IMG/VR virus record: IMGVR_UViG_3300032238_000977
Location: 14,410-78,409 of that record
DNA from: a virus
Length of the DNA stretch: 64,000 bases
Direction: 5' to 3' (one strand)
This document shows, piece after piece, positions 1 to 10,335 of the stretch. Position numbers and translations under genes: made by a program. The notes beneath the pieces are model-generated. The model was not told the DNA's origin and searched no databases. It was given only the letters and a program-made list of their open reading frames with translations. Every line of letters begins with the position of its first letter. Position 1 is the stretch's first letter.

Positions 1-529
1 TTACATCCATACTAGGATATCCTTCTCCCCTTTTACCATAAGTAAAAGTATCATGAAAGGCAATATACTTTCTTACTTTACCTGCATGAAGTTCTAGTTC
101 TTTTTTAAGTTGATCGTAGCAATGCCATGTATCAATGAAAAGAAGATCAGTTTCTTCAATTTCAATTGTGAGAACATCTGCACCAATATACTCACAGTTA
201 ACTCCCAGTTCTTTTGCTTTTTCAAAGATAGAAATTAATTGGTTAACTTCACTAACTAGATGTGGTTCTGGGTTTTCATACTGATAATCGTAAGAAATAA
301 ATTTTTTAGGATTTGCATAAAGGAATGCTCGTGTACTATTTCCTCCTCTAGCTCCCATTTCAGTTACATGCTCACAGTCTTGTGCATATTGATACAATAC
401 TGGTAGATGTTGGTAAATGTCGGATACATAACACTCACATGCTTCATCATAAAGTTCTTTCAAACTAAATGGTTTTTCAATCTTAGGTTTTTTATTTTTT
501 GGGGTATAGACAAGTATTTGTGGTTTCAT
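1..529 (-). CDS. Class I SAM-dependent methyltransferase (Methyltransf_24-like), 3' end outside window
   Basis: Manually translated from ATG at 529: MKPQILV...EHVTEMGARGGNST...DLLFIDTWHCYDQLKKELELH...IAFHDT; motif I (ExG) and FIDTxH/HD motifs. Confidence 0.8.
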   Translation of the reverse strand, partial: MKPQILVYTPKNKKPKIEKPFSLKELYDEACECYVSDIYQHLPVLYQYAQDCEHVTEMGARGGNSTRAFLYANPKKFISYDYQYENPEPHLVSEVNQLISIFEKAKELGVNCEYIGADVLTIEIEETDLLFIDTWHCYDQLKKELELHAGKVRKYIAFHDTFTYGKRGEGYPSMDV

Positions 530-532
530 TTT

Positions 533-1525
533 TTACTCCTTCCAATAGTCATAGATTCCTTGATTAACTTCATAACTCATATTCTTAACCTTTCTGTTTG
601 GTTCTTTCATAGCCCAAACAAAAACCTTTTCAATCAATTCTTCAAGATTCGTATTATCTTGAAATTGTAACATTGACTTAGCCTTTGTATGATCACAATA
701 AGCATGTTTAACTTCATGTCTGGGTTGTCCATGCTCGATAGGCACATCATACCCATATTTTCTTCCTATTTTTTGGACCGTTTCTGCAACTTCATTTAAT
801 GAGAAATGCTTATCTGCCCCAATATTAAAAATTTCTCCGTCATAATCTGTTAACAGTTTATCAAACGGTTCCATATAATATTTAATATCAGAAAAAGCTC
901 GTGTCTGGTTACCGTCACCATACACCAAGATAGGTTGATTATTTAGAGTTTTGCGAATAAAAATTCCAATAACATTGCGATAACGATCCCAGATATTCTG
1001 ATAGATTCCCAGAACATTGTGGGGGCGAACAATATTATATCTCAAACCAAATTGTTCGTGAGCAAGTTTTAAATCACACTCAACAGCATATTTTGCTACG
1101 CCATAAGGATCAATTGGTTGTGGTCTTTTATCTTCGATAAAAGGTGGTTCTTGAGCACCATACACAGCCATACTAGATGTAAAAATCATTTTAGTATTAT
1201 GATTAATACACTCATTAATTAAATTTGCTGAGCAAATAAGATTATTTCTGTAGTTGTAGTTCCTAATAAATGGGGATAATCCTTCAGCAGCATAAGCTGC
1301 AAAATGAAGAAGAACATCTGGTTTATGCTCCTCAAACAATTCAACTATTTTTTTCCTCTTCTCTAGATTAAGTTTTACAAAAGTAAAGTTCTCACCCTTC
1401 GTTACGAAAGATTTGTATCCACCAGACAGATCATCTATTCCGATTACTTCATGACCCCTAGATAACAAGTGCCTAGTGTAATTTGCGCCAAGAAGACCAG
1501 CACATCCCGTTACAAATATTTTCAT
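533..1525 (-). CDS. NAD-dependent epimerase/dehydratase (extended SDR, GalE/WcaG-like)
   Basis: TGCAGLLG Rossmann motif, TSSMAVYG, YGVAK catalytic motif. Confidence 0.9.
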   Translation of the reverse strand: MKIFVTGCAGLLGANYTRHLLSRGHEVIGIDDLSGGYKSFVTKGENFTFVKLNLEKRKKIVELFEEHKPDVLLHFAAYAAEGLSPFIRNYNYRNNLICSANLINECINHNTKMIFTSSMAVYGAQEPPFIEDKRPQPIDPYGVAKYAVECDLKLAHEQFGLRYNIVRPHNVLGIYQNIWDRYRNVIGIFIRKTLNNQPILVYGDGNQTRAFSDIKYYMEPFDKLLTDYDGEIFNIGADKHFSLNEVAETVQKIGRKYGYDVPIEHGQPRHEVKHAYCDHTKAKSMLQFQDNTNLEELIEKVFVWAMKEPNRKVKNMSYEVNQGIYDYWKE

Positions 1526-2361
1526 TATTCTAATCCATATTTAACAATAAATTTTCTTTGCTCTTCGGTATTATACCATCCACCACCCTCATGTGGATGG
1601 ATTTTGATATAATTATCTAATTCCATTTCATGGACCTTAACATCAGTACTATAAAATATACTATGGTTTAGATTTTCAGTCAATAGCAAATCTGTTGTGT
1701 AAATATCAGTCACATTACTAGAGCACAATGCGGAAGCCATTGCAAATGTGCCTACTCCAGATAGACCAACATGTTTAGATCTCATAAATGTAGAAATATC
1801 TTCGGAATTGCTCAAATGCTGAATTTTAATTTTATCAATTTTTTCCAATTCTGAAATTAAAGGATTATTATTGTCTGGTTGAGTTACAATAATAGTGTTC
1901 TTAAAAGATTCAATAAGTCTCAAATAAAATACTAGAGGATTTGGAATATAATTCGTAGGAGGTTCAAAAATCTTATGGTATAAATCACCACTTCTTAAAT
2001 GAATTACAATAGTATCATCATCAAAAGGATCTCCAACTTCAACATTTAAATTTGGAGAAATATAATCTTTACAAACTCTACGCATATTTGCGTAAAGATA
2101 TTCCCTACTCAATCCAATTTCATTCCCACCTTCAAAGACATCAGTTGTAGAATTATACCATTGTTGCCATGCAAAAAATCTTCCAGGAGTTATAGAATCT
2201 TGCTCCTGTTCTCCAAAAGAAATTTTAAATTTTTTAATTATTTCATGATCTAAAGTTTGTTCAAAATTTGTTTTTTTATGCTCAGCAAGCATGATTGCGT
2301 TTGCTACCTGCTGAATATTATTTCCAAACTGACCGGACCAATGAGAAACTGTATAAGTCAT
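1525..2361 (-). CDS. GT11/NodZ-like (alpha-1,2-fucosyltransferase-like) glycosyltransferase
   Basis: N-terminal GQFGNNIQQ, IHLRSGD motif, GTF motif, all paralleling GT11 motifs. Confidence 0.6.
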   Translation of the reverse strand: MTYTVSHWSGQFGNNIQQVANAIMLAEHKKTNFEQTLDHEIIKKFKISFGEQEQDSITPGRFFAWQQWYNSTTDVFEGGNEIGLSREYLYANMRRVCKDYISPNLNVEVGDPFDDDTIVIHLRSGDLYHKIFEPPTNYIPNPLVFYLRLIESFKNTIIVTQPDNNNPLISELEKIDKIKIQHLSNSEDISTFMRSKHVGLSGVGTFAMASALCSSNVTDIYTTDLLLTENLNHSIFYSTDVKVHEMELDNYIKIHPHEGGGWYNTEEQRKFIVKYGLE

Positions 2362-3029
2362 TCCTTACCTTTGATAAAAAGTTCAACGCATTCAATAAAA
2401 TGACTTTCAAAAGGTTTCCATTTTTCTTCAGGAACAATCTCAGGATCAACGTACCAATCTTCAAACGGATTGTTACCATTAGCCACATGGTAAGCAACTA
2501 ATTTATATCCAAGATCTTGTAGCAGTTCTCTAGACTCTTTAACTACATCTTGATTTCCACCAGCATAAACATCAGTTTCAAATGTAATAACATTAAATCT
2601 ATATTTTTTAAGATCAATTGCTTTAAGTGCTGCAAGCGTTTGTTTAGCAGGTTCAATGTCTACTTGTAGATAATCAATCCTATTTGGAAGATTATATTTT
2701 TCAAAATACTCACTATAGTTTACAGTGGTTGCATCGCAGGTGATAATTGGATTTTTCCTCTCATCCTCAAACATTTTGTTGAGGAGTTTGTCTCTATCAA
2801 AAGAGACTCCAGTCCAATCAAATTCACTCTCTAAAACATAAGTATTATTATAATCTATTGGATAACTTGACCCAATTTCTACATATGTTCCGTTCCTTTT
2901 TCCATCAAGAACTGTGAGAACAAATAAATCTTGGTACGCCTGGGAATAAGTTCTTTTTAATTTATCAGAACCTTTGAAGGTATGAAGCAATTCATCTTTA
3001 TGAGCTTCATAATAAGTATTAATATTCAT
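2358..3029 (-). CDS. FkbM-family methyltransferase
   Basis: YSQAYQD, YVEIGS, NNTYVLE, IDYLQVDIE motifs. Confidence 0.8.
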   Translation of the reverse strand: MNINTYYEAHKDELLHTFKGSDKLKRTYSQAYQDLFVLTVLDGKRNGTYVEIGSSYPIDYNNTYVLESEFDWTGVSFDRDKLLNKMFEDERKNPIITCDATTVNYSEYFEKYNLPNRIDYLQVDIEPAKQTLAALKAIDLKKYRFNVITFETDVYAGGNQDVVKESRELLQDLGYKLVAYHVANGNNPFEDWYVDPEIVPEEKWKPFESHFIECVELFIKGKE

Positions 3030-3076
3030 TCAAGATCTCCAAACAAAAATAATTAATTTAAAAATTATAGAAATAT

Positions 3077-4246
3077 TTATAGGTCGATATTAAGTATGTC
3101 TTCATCAATATCAGATTCAGATTCAAAAAATCTTACTCTGTCATAATATTTTTCATACATCTCATCTTTTACTTTATCAATAACTGTTTGATTGTCTGTA
3201 ATATAAACTTTATATCCAGCATCCAATAGCATAGTACAAAGTTTATATTGTTGGCTTTCCGTTATGATATCCGTACCCTTTTTATATGCAATATGATCAA
3301 AATGGAAAGGAACCTTGTTTACATTTTGATCAACAAAGTAGTTAAACAAAAATTTAGAATGTTCTTCATTAAAGCTGTCCGTAGTCAGTCCAAGATTGTA
3401 TTGTAACCCCAATTTTTTAGCATAAGCAGCAAAAGATCGATTATCTCTCGGTAAGCATGGACCACCAAATCCAAATCCATATTTCATATATTTGCTACCA
3501 ATCCTAGTATCTTCCCCAATTGCCTTCAGAACGGTAGAGATTTCATCTTCCATTCCAGCAAGAGTCATGAGTTCACCAACCATGTTAGCATAACTAATTT
3601 TTGTAGTGAGGTAACAATTAACTGCTAGTTTTACAAGTTCTGCAGCAGTTGTACTCATATTATATACATGAGGTTCTGTTACTTGAATCTTGGAATAGAT
3701 CTCACTTATCTTAAAAATGTTATCGCTACTTTTTTCAGAAGTTCCAACCAAAACCATATCAGCATGTTGAAGATCTTTGACTATAGATCCTTGTGCAATA
3801 AATTCTGGATTATAAAATACATCAATATTATATGGATTCAATTTCTGTTGAAATAATTCACAATCACCTGGATTTGTAGTACACCCTACAACAAAAATTT
3901 TATCTTTAATGTTACTATTTGTAAGAGCAGACTGTTCAATATCAGATACTACTTTCCATACAGAACTAACGTCATAACTACCATCAGGTAAGGATGGAGT
4001 TGCTACAAGAGTATAGACGATATCACATTCCGAAATAACTTCCAGATTATTTGTTGTTGCTCTGAAATTTATTGCATTATCCAGAAGTTCTACTACTTCA
4101 GGTTCTTCCGTAATGATTAGCCTTTCATTCAATTTTTTAACATAATCATCACGAATATCGGATACGAGAACGTCATATCCCGCCTTTTCTAGAAGAAGAG
4201 CAAAGCAAATGCCCAATCTTCCAGTTCCAATTACACCAATTTTCAT
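3077..4246 (-). CDS. UDP-glucose/GDP-mannose dehydrogenase family
   Basis: MKIGVIGTGRLG, NPEFIAQG, AELVK, GFGGPCLPRD catalytic Cys motif; start set at MKIG. Confidence 0.9.
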   Translation of the reverse strand: MKIGVIGTGRLGICFALLLEKAGYDVLVSDIRDDYVKKLNERLIITEEPEVVELLDNAINFRATTNNLEVISECDIVYTLVATPSLPDGSYDVSSVWKVVSDIEQSALTNSNIKDKIFVVGCTTNPGDCELFQQKLNPYNIDVFYNPEFIAQGSIVKDLQHADMVLVGTSEKSSDNIFKISEIYSKIQVTEPHVYNMSTTAAELVKLAVNCYLTTKISYANMVGELMTLAGMEDEISTVLKAIGEDTRIGSKYMKYGFGFGGPCLPRDNRSFAAYAKKLGLQYNLGLTTDSFNEEHSKFLFNYFVDQNVNKVPFHFDHIAYKKGTDIITESQQYKLCTMLLDAGYKVYITDNQTVIDKVKDEMYEKYYDRVRFFESESDIDEDILNIDL

Positions 4247-5016
4247 TTTAGCTTTGCAGTAATTAGTAAGTGCCAACCAAGATTCTTTTCAAGAGTCCTG
4301 AACATTTCATCAGGCATAGATTCAAACCAAGGTTGTTTGAGGTATTCACCTTTCTTATAAGGTTCTATTTGATATGGAAAGATATGATCCTGTTCAATTG
4401 AAAGAACTTCATATCCTTCCAATAATTCTACCACATCTTGCTTTGTATACGTCTTTGCAATCGGACAACCATACTGTGCTTCTGGTTGATCTAAACCAGA
4501 TTCAATCATATAATTTTTCCAAGAATCTTTTGCATAAAGCATAATTTTGAGAATACTATTCTCATTCATATACTTCTTAATCTCAGAAATAATCTTTTCT
4601 GGATGGGGACTATGATGAATTACACCAAAAGAGTAAATTAAATCATAAGTTTCTACTGGGACAAAAGAGGAGAGTTCTTCGGCATTACCAGAATAAAACT
4701 CTCCAGTTTGTGCAAATACTTCAAATCGTTTTCTAGCAAGTTCAAGACTTGATTCGGAAAGTTCTACTCCAGTATAATCAGAACCAACAGCAGCAAAGTT
4801 AATTCCAACAGTTGCAAGTCCGCAACCAATTTCTAAAACTTTTTTACCTTCCCATTTTGGAAATTCAGTAAACTTAAGAATATGAGGTTCTGCCGTAAAC
4901 TTTTTCCGTTCTACTTCATTAAAGTATTCTTTAGTTCCAATCTCTTTACTGGAATGTTTTACGTTACAAGGACGATCATTCCAAAACTTTTTTACGTCTT
5001 CAATTGTTGCAGTCAT
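4243..5016 (-). CDS. Class I SAM-dependent methyltransferase
   Basis: VLEIGCG motif I, YDLIYSFGVIHH. Confidence 0.85.
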   Translation of the reverse strand: MTATIEDVKKFWNDRPCNVKHSSKEIGTKEYFNEVERKKFTAEPHILKFTEFPKWEGKKVLEIGCGLATVGINFAAVGSDYTGVELSESSLELARKRFEVFAQTGEFYSGNAEELSSFVPVETYDLIYSFGVIHHSPHPEKIISEIKKYMNENSILKIMLYAKDSWKNYMIESGLDQPEAQYGCPIAKTYTKQDVVELLEGYEVLSIEQDHIFPYQIEPYKKGEYLKQPWFESMPDEMFRTLEKNLGWHLLITAKLK

Positions 5017-5768
5017 AGTTTAAATGTAGGGATGGGTTCCATTTTATGTTTGTTTTGAGAGTTGAACTTTGCAAGAACTTCAACTGCTGGTCCAGTTCCA
5101 TTTTCCATTGCTTCTTCAAGTTCGGTATAAGAAACTCCGATCTGATCTTCATCAGTTCTTCCGTCTTCCCAGAGACCATCTGTAGGTTGTGCATCAATGA
5201 TACGTTGATCTACACCAAGATGCTTTCCAAGTTTCCATACTTCAGTTTTATAAAGATCGGCAATTGGAGCAATATCAACTCCACCGTCACCATATTTAGT
5301 ATAGAATCCTATACCATAATCTTCAACCTTATTACCAGTACCAACAACAATACCGCCAACAGAACCTGCAACCTGATACAAAGTAACCATACGAATACGA
5401 GACTTTGTATTTGCAAGAGCAAGTTTATTAGAAACCATATCATTACCCAACCAGAATCCCAAGCTCTTGGTAAACTGCTCATAAGTGGAAGAGAGATCAA
5501 CTTTTAGGGGAGTAACATTCTTATAACTATTAGAAAGAAATTCTCTATGAACTTCTGAAAGTTCTGCCTGAGAAAAAATTTGATTCAGAGGCATCGATAG
5601 GACATATGTTGGAAGTCCTGTCTCGGCACAAAGAGTTGATACAACTGAAGAATCAATACCTCCAGAAATACCAACAACCAAGGACTTAATATTATTTGTC
5701 GTAGCGTAATCTTTAATCCAACCTACAACTCTTGTTTTTAATTCAGAATAATCAGTAATACGATTCAT
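5013..5768 (-). CDS. nadE: NH3-dependent NAD+ synthetase
   Basis: VGISGGIDSSV PP-loop, NTKSRIRM, GTGNKVE, GFYTKYGDGG, PIADLYKTEV, PTDGLW...TDEDQIG. Confidence 0.9.
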   Translation of the reverse strand: MNRITDYSELKTRVVGWIKDYATTNNIKSLVVGISGGIDSSVVSTLCAETGLPTYVLSMPLNQIFSQAELSEVHREFLSNSYKNVTPLKVDLSSTYEQFTKSLGFWLGNDMVSNKLALANTKSRIRMVTLYQVAGSVGGIVVGTGNKVEDYGIGFYTKYGDGGVDIAPIADLYKTEVWKLGKHLGVDQRIIDAQPTDGLWEDGRTDEDQIGVSYTELEEAMENGTGPAVEVLAKFNSQNKHKMEPIPTFKL

Positions 5769-6619
5769 AGTACAATCCAATTTTTGGGATAAAGATCTTT
5801 GGTATTTTTATCTGCATAAGCAGGTCCAAACCACATTTTTGGTGCAATCACTTTTTTATTTGGATTGGAAATCAACCATGCACCCCACCAGCTCATACTA
5901 CTATTAGCAATAATAGCATGAGAACACAAAGACATCAAGCACAAATCGGAATATGGAGTATATGATCCATCATCATATTTTTCTTGAGGTTCTGAAATTA
6001 AAAACCTATCACTAGAGAAAAATTCTTGCTCTCTTACCCATTCAGGAGAATCAGAAAAAACAATTACAGGTTGATCATCATCAAACTCGGCAAGTGCCTT
6101 TTGATAATATTCGATTGGCTGAACAGGATGTTGATCCCCACATTGGGTATAACTCCATTTAAATCCACGAGGATCTGTAAGATTAGGATCGCCTCTGCGA
6201 ACATGAAGCATAATGGGTTCTCCTTCTACAGAGTCTATCATCTCCTTACAAGGTTGCAAATGCTCATCATGAAAAGTAAATTCTTTACGAATTTCATCTG
6301 AAATATTTTCAAAATACTTTTCAGATTGAAAGAATCCATGAAGACTTACGTTATCTGGACATTGCTCAAAGAGTTCTTCATCAAAATGAAAAAACCTTTC
6401 TCCAATGTATTTAAAATGCTCAATAAAATTTAAATTCTCTTCCTTTACAGATTCCAATTTAAAACAGTTATGAAGACTATAGTTTTCAATACCTTTTTTA
6501 TTAAACGGAGGAATACACCATTCATATCCACGATTTGCAGCAATTCCACGAATAGCAGCATACTCAAACATTTGATTTCCTAGTCTTCCTAGACTTCCAA
6601 TCTGATTAAATGCTAACAT
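5765..6619 (-). CDS. Alpha-1,2-fucosyltransferase (GT11)
   Basis: GRLGNQMFEYA, GFFQSEKYF, HVRRGD, FSD, IIANSSMSWWGAWL. Confidence 0.9.
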   Translation of the reverse strand: MLAFNQIGSLGRLGNQMFEYAAIRGIAANRGYEWCIPPFNKKGIENYSLHNCFKLESVKEENLNFIEHFKYIGERFFHFDEELFEQCPDNVSLHGFFQSEKYFENISDEIRKEFTFHDEHLQPCKEMIDSVEGEPIMLHVRRGDPNLTDPRGFKWSYTQCGDQHPVQPIEYYQKALAEFDDDQPVIVFSDSPEWVREQEFFSSDRFLISEPQEKYDDGSYTPYSDLCLMSLCSHAIIANSSMSWWGAWLISNPNKKVIAPKMWFGPAYADKNTKDLYPKNWIVL

Positions 6620-7472
6620 AATCCTCCTTCATAGACTCAAATACTTTAGCAATACCTTGTTCGATAGTTGTTTTAGGGATCCACCATTTAGATAGATACA
6701 AATCTGGGCGATTCTTTTTATCCATCTGAACACTATCTTTTTCAGTAGATGGTTGCAGTTTCACATCATACTTACCGATCAGATTAAATTGCCCAACTAT
6801 CATATTTGCAATATGAATAATCTTAGTTGGATGGTAACTTGTAATATGAAGATTATCTTCTGAAGTAAAGTCAGTATAATTCTCCATAATGGATTCAAGT
6901 GCTTCACAACAATCTTCGGCATAAAGGAACTCACGTTCCTCTTCACCATCAGTAAGCATATCAATCACACCAGTCTCAAATCCTTTACGAATAAAGTCTG
7001 TGATAACGTGTGCTTTCTCATGATCCTTCTCAATACCATAAACATTCCAGAACTTAACGATCAGTCCTTTGAGTGATTTAGTATACAGTTCACCAACGTT
7101 CTTGAGAACTCCATATGGAGAGTAACTCATATTACTCATTTGAGATGAGGCAAAGATAAACCTTTTATTATACTTTTGAAGCAATCCAAAAGCATTTGCC
7201 ATTAAACGAGCATTGTTATCAATAAATTTGAAAGTATGTTGATACTTCTTGAGATAACGTGATCCACCCACATCAAATGCAAGAAAGAATACAAAGTCTG
7301 CAGTCTCAATTGCATTCTCAAGATATTGATTAGGAATAACAGTCATATCATGATTAGGAGTTTCCACCTTATCAAAATCAATAACTGTGTGACCTTTACT
7401 GCGAAGATATTCTGAGAGATAGGCACCGATCTGCCCACTAGATCCTAAAATAGTAATTTTCATTTTACTCAA
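6606..7472 (-). CDS. NAD-dependent epimerase/dehydratase
   Basis: GSSGQIG, FASS, YGVLK, NVYG. Confidence 0.85.
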   Translation of the reverse strand: MSKMKITILGSSGQIGAYLSEYLRSKGHTVIDFDKVETPNHDMTVIPNQYLENAIETADFVFFLAFDVGGSRYLKKYQHTFKFIDNNARLMANAFGLLQKYNKRFIFASSQMSNMSYSPYGVLKNVGELYTKSLKGLIVKFWNVYGIEKDHEKAHVITDFIRKGFETGVIDMLTDGEEEREFLYAEDCCEALESIMENYTDFTSEDNLHITSYHPTKIIHIANMIVGQFNLIGKYDVKLQPSTEKDSVQMDKKNRPDLYLSKWWIPKTTIEQGIAKVFESMKEDYVSI

Positions 7473-8383
7473 TTAAACAAACTGCGATAGACTTCCCAAT
7501 ATTTCTTAGTTTCTTCTGGAAGATAATTTGTATAATTTTCCAAATCTTTAACCAAATTTAGTGTATTTCTATACCCAATAATTTCTTTCTCCAAGTTAGT
7601 AATAAGATCTTGAACATTTCTATCTTGATAGACTGAAGATCTATTATAAATTACAGAATTTGGAAAATAATGTTGCAGAATATACCCACCCCAAATATCA
7701 TCCATTCTTCCAACATGAGGTAGGACAGAGTAATAAGGAATAACTTCACGGGACAAAAAAGTATTTTGACTGTTAAATGGTGCTATAAAATTTGAACAAT
7801 ATGGTTTTGTTATCTCAGAATATTTTACAATTGGTTTAATAGAAAGTCTAGCCATTGCGTCAATATCAGGATCTCCATCCCACAAATCTGCTTGAACTAA
7901 AACTTTTCTTTTTATTTTTCCCTTATAGTCAACATTATGTCTTGTGGGTACATACTCTAATGGATAACCTCTGTGCCAAACTTGATTACTTTTGGTTACA
8001 GACAAAGGATCAAAAACATCATGCTTTGTTGGTTCATACAAATCACATTCGATTTCCTTTCCAACATATAAATCAGACCCCCAATCATCATAAGGAATAT
8101 TATCATCATCTACGGTTGCTATTACATCAGCACCCAAGTTATAAGCTTCAACAAAACCAACATTTCTTCTTTGAATGGATTTCCACCCAATTACATCCGA
8201 CAATTCTTTATACTTTTTTTCCTGATCATCTGGATGCAAATAAATGCAATTTAGTTTTTCATATTCTGAGTGTGGAGTTTTAGTATCTCCAACAACGATT
8301 AAAGTCCAATCATTAAATTCGCAAAATTTATGAGTTGCTACAGTTGGACTATTAATCGTTGTTGTTACAATATATTTTTTCAT
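7469..8383 (-). CDS. STELLO/DUF288-like (GT75-related) glycosyltransferase or mutase
   Basis: IVTTTIN, VVGDTKTP, RRNVGF, DDDN, RGYP, GDPDIDA, PFNSQNT, RMDDIWG. Confidence 0.75.
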   Translation of the reverse strand: MKKYIVTTTINSPTVATHKFCEFNDWTLIVVGDTKTPHSEYEKLNCIYLHPDDQEKKYKELSDVIGWKSIQRRNVGFVEAYNLGADVIATVDDDNIPYDDWGSDLYVGKEIECDLYEPTKHDVFDPLSVTKSNQVWHRGYPLEYVPTRHNVDYKGKIKRKVLVQADLWDGDPDIDAMARLSIKPIVKYSEITKPYCSNFIAPFNSQNTFLSREVIPYYSVLPHVGRMDDIWGGYILQHYFPNSVIYNRSSVYQDRNVQDLITNLEKEIIGYRNTLNLVKDLENYTNYLPEETKKYWEVYRSLFN

Positions 8384-9204
8384 TTTTTAAATCCAATGTA
8401 TTTTTCAACAAATTTTTCTGTTGTATATTCATTAATTGCTTTATTGTAAGCATTATCAATTAAATACTGGTAATTAGAATAATCCGCCAAAATAGTGTTT
8501 AACTTTTCCTGGAGATCTTCTTCACTTTCGAAATAAACAAAGTCCTCATTTTCAACGAACCATTCCTCAATAACATTATACTTATCTTTCAGAACTAGCA
8601 TTAATGTTCTTGAAAAAGCTGCTTCAAAAGTTCTACTTTTTAATTGAGGAGTTCCATAAGATAACATATTCTGGATGACTGATATTTTACTTTTGGAAAC
8701 CAATTTTAATTTTTCAATGTAACTTACACCCAAATTAGTTTCCAATCCATTTTGTCTTTGAAAAGAGACGTAACGATAATTATACTGAGAAATTATATTT
8801 GCTAATCTCCTAACATGGGGAATATTTACATATCCAGTATAAATTACATCATATAGTTTTTCAGTTTGTTCGGGAATGTATTTTGGGTTGAAAGGAAAAA
8901 ATACATTTGTTCTTCCTTTTCTACCTGTTACATTCGGGCTAACAATGGTAAACGCATTATCAACATAAGGTAAATAATTATCCAAACCATACGGATCAGA
9001 ATATGTTCCATCAGGTTCTGGTTTTGCTTGTTCCTCTAGGCAAAGCAAATATTTTGGAACATTTGTAGGTTCTTTAATTGAAGGATCAGGTTCACATCCA
9101 ATAAACAAAAGGCAATCATTTGCTTTATCAGAAAATTCTTCAAATCCAAACATTCTAACTGGATCGTCAGGATAATTTCCCCGAAAATTAGGAATGACTT
9201 TCAT
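8380..9204 (-). CDS. Glycosyltransferase (GT-B, Glyco_trans_1_2/CgeB-like C-terminus)
   Basis: KSRTFEAA...WFVENEDFVYF...AYNKAINEYT C-terminal pattern. Confidence 0.65.
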   Translation of the reverse strand: MKVIPNFRGNYPDDPVRMFGFEEFSDKANDCLLFIGCEPDPSIKEPTNVPKYLLCLEEQAKPEPDGTYSDPYGLDNYLPYVDNAFTIVSPNVTGRKGRTNVFFPFNPKYIPEQTEKLYDVIYTGYVNIPHVRRLANIISQYNYRYVSFQRQNGLETNLGVSYIEKLKLVSKSKISVIQNMLSYGTPQLKSRTFEAAFSRTLMLVLKDKYNVIEEWFVENEDFVYFESEEDLQEKLNTILADYSNYQYLIDNAYNKAINEYTTEKFVEKYIGFKK

Positions 9205-9216
9205 AATTATATAAAA

Positions 9217-10266
9217 TTATTTTGAATTTTTAATTTGATCAGAAATCCAAGTATAAGTCTTGCGAATTCCTTCTTCTAATGTTTGTTGATAATCCCAACC
9301 CAGTTTTTCTCGGATGAGATCATTATTGGAGTTACGTCCACGAACACCAAGAGGTCCATCAATATGATTTTTCTCTACAGTCTTTGCAGATACTTTAGCA
9401 GCAGTATCAACCAATTGATTGATAGTAACCATTTCCTCAGATCCAATATTCACTGGTCCAATGAAGTCGGAATCCATCATTCTGCGTGTTGCTTCGATGC
9501 ATTCATCAATATACAGGAAGGAACGAGTTTGTAGGCCATCTCCCCACACTTCTATGGTTCCACCTTCCTCTGGAAGGTAGGCAACTTTACGACAGATTGC
9601 TGCTGGTGCCTTCTCTCTTCCACCTTCCCACGTCCCTTCAGGACCGAAGATATTGTGGTAACGAGCAACACGCACGGGAATATTGTAGTTACGGTTATAA
9701 GCGAAATAAAGACGCTCACTAAAAAGTTTCTCCCAACCATATTCGGAATCTGGGTTTGCTGGATATGCGGATTCTTCACGACAGTCGGGATTATCGGGAT
9801 CAAGTTGATTATGTTCTGGATACATACACGCAGATCCAGAATAGAAAATCTTAGTCTTATTAATTCCAGTCCTCTCATTCATTTTATGTTGCTCTTCAAG
9901 AACATTCAGATTGATAGAAACTGAATTATGCATGATGTCTGCATCGTTCTCACCAGTGAAAACAAATCCAGCACCGCCCATATCAGCAGCAAACTGATAG
10001 ATCTCATCAAATGTTTGAATATAACGATAAGGAACTGAATTATAGAAGTTTCCTTGGTCGCCTTTAAATTCAAGAACACGACGAACAAAATCTACGTCTC
10101 TAAGATCTCCCTGAATAAATTCATGCGCTTCAGTGGGAGAATACTCAGGTCTCTTAAGGTCTACACCACGTACCCAATATCCTTCGGAACGTAGTCTTTT
10201 AACCATATGACTTCCGATAAAGCCACCCGCACCAAGAACAAGTGCAGTCTTAGTATATTGACTCAT
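9217..10266 (-). CDS. GDP-mannose 3,5-epimerase-like SDR
   Basis: GAGGFIGSH, FAADMGGAGF, SACMYP, YGWEKL, RYHNIFGP, GGREKAPAAICRK, WGDGLQTRSF, GVRGRNS. Confidence 0.85.
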   Translation of the reverse strand: MSQYTKTALVLGAGGFIGSHMVKRLRSEGYWVRGVDLKRPEYSPTEAHEFIQGDLRDVDFVRRVLEFKGDQGNFYNSVPYRYIQTFDEIYQFAADMGGAGFVFTGENDADIMHNSVSINLNVLEEQHKMNERTGINKTKIFYSGSACMYPEHNQLDPDNPDCREESAYPANPDSEYGWEKLFSERLYFAYNRNYNIPVRVARYHNIFGPEGTWEGGREKAPAAICRKVAYLPEEGGTIEVWGDGLQTRSFLYIDECIEATRRMMDSDFIGPVNIGSEEMVTINQLVDTAAKVSAKTVEKNHIDGPLGVRGRNSNNDLIREKLGWDYQQTLEEGIRKTYTWISDQIKNSK

Positions 10267-10299
10267 TTTTTGATCAAAAATAATAATCTCATATTATAT

Positions 10300-10328
10300 A
10301 TTATACTAAAAAAGGAGAGTTTATGCAA
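10300..10328 (-). promoter_or_regulatory. Sigma70-type promoter for the glycan operon, overlapping a terminator
   Basis: TTGCAT-N17-TATAAT on minus strand. Confidence 0.7.
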
Positions 10329-10335
10329 CTCTCCT
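10308..10335 (-). terminator. Intrinsic terminator
   Basis: AGGAGAGTT-GCAT-AAACTCTCC followed by T6 on minus strand. Confidence 0.75.
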
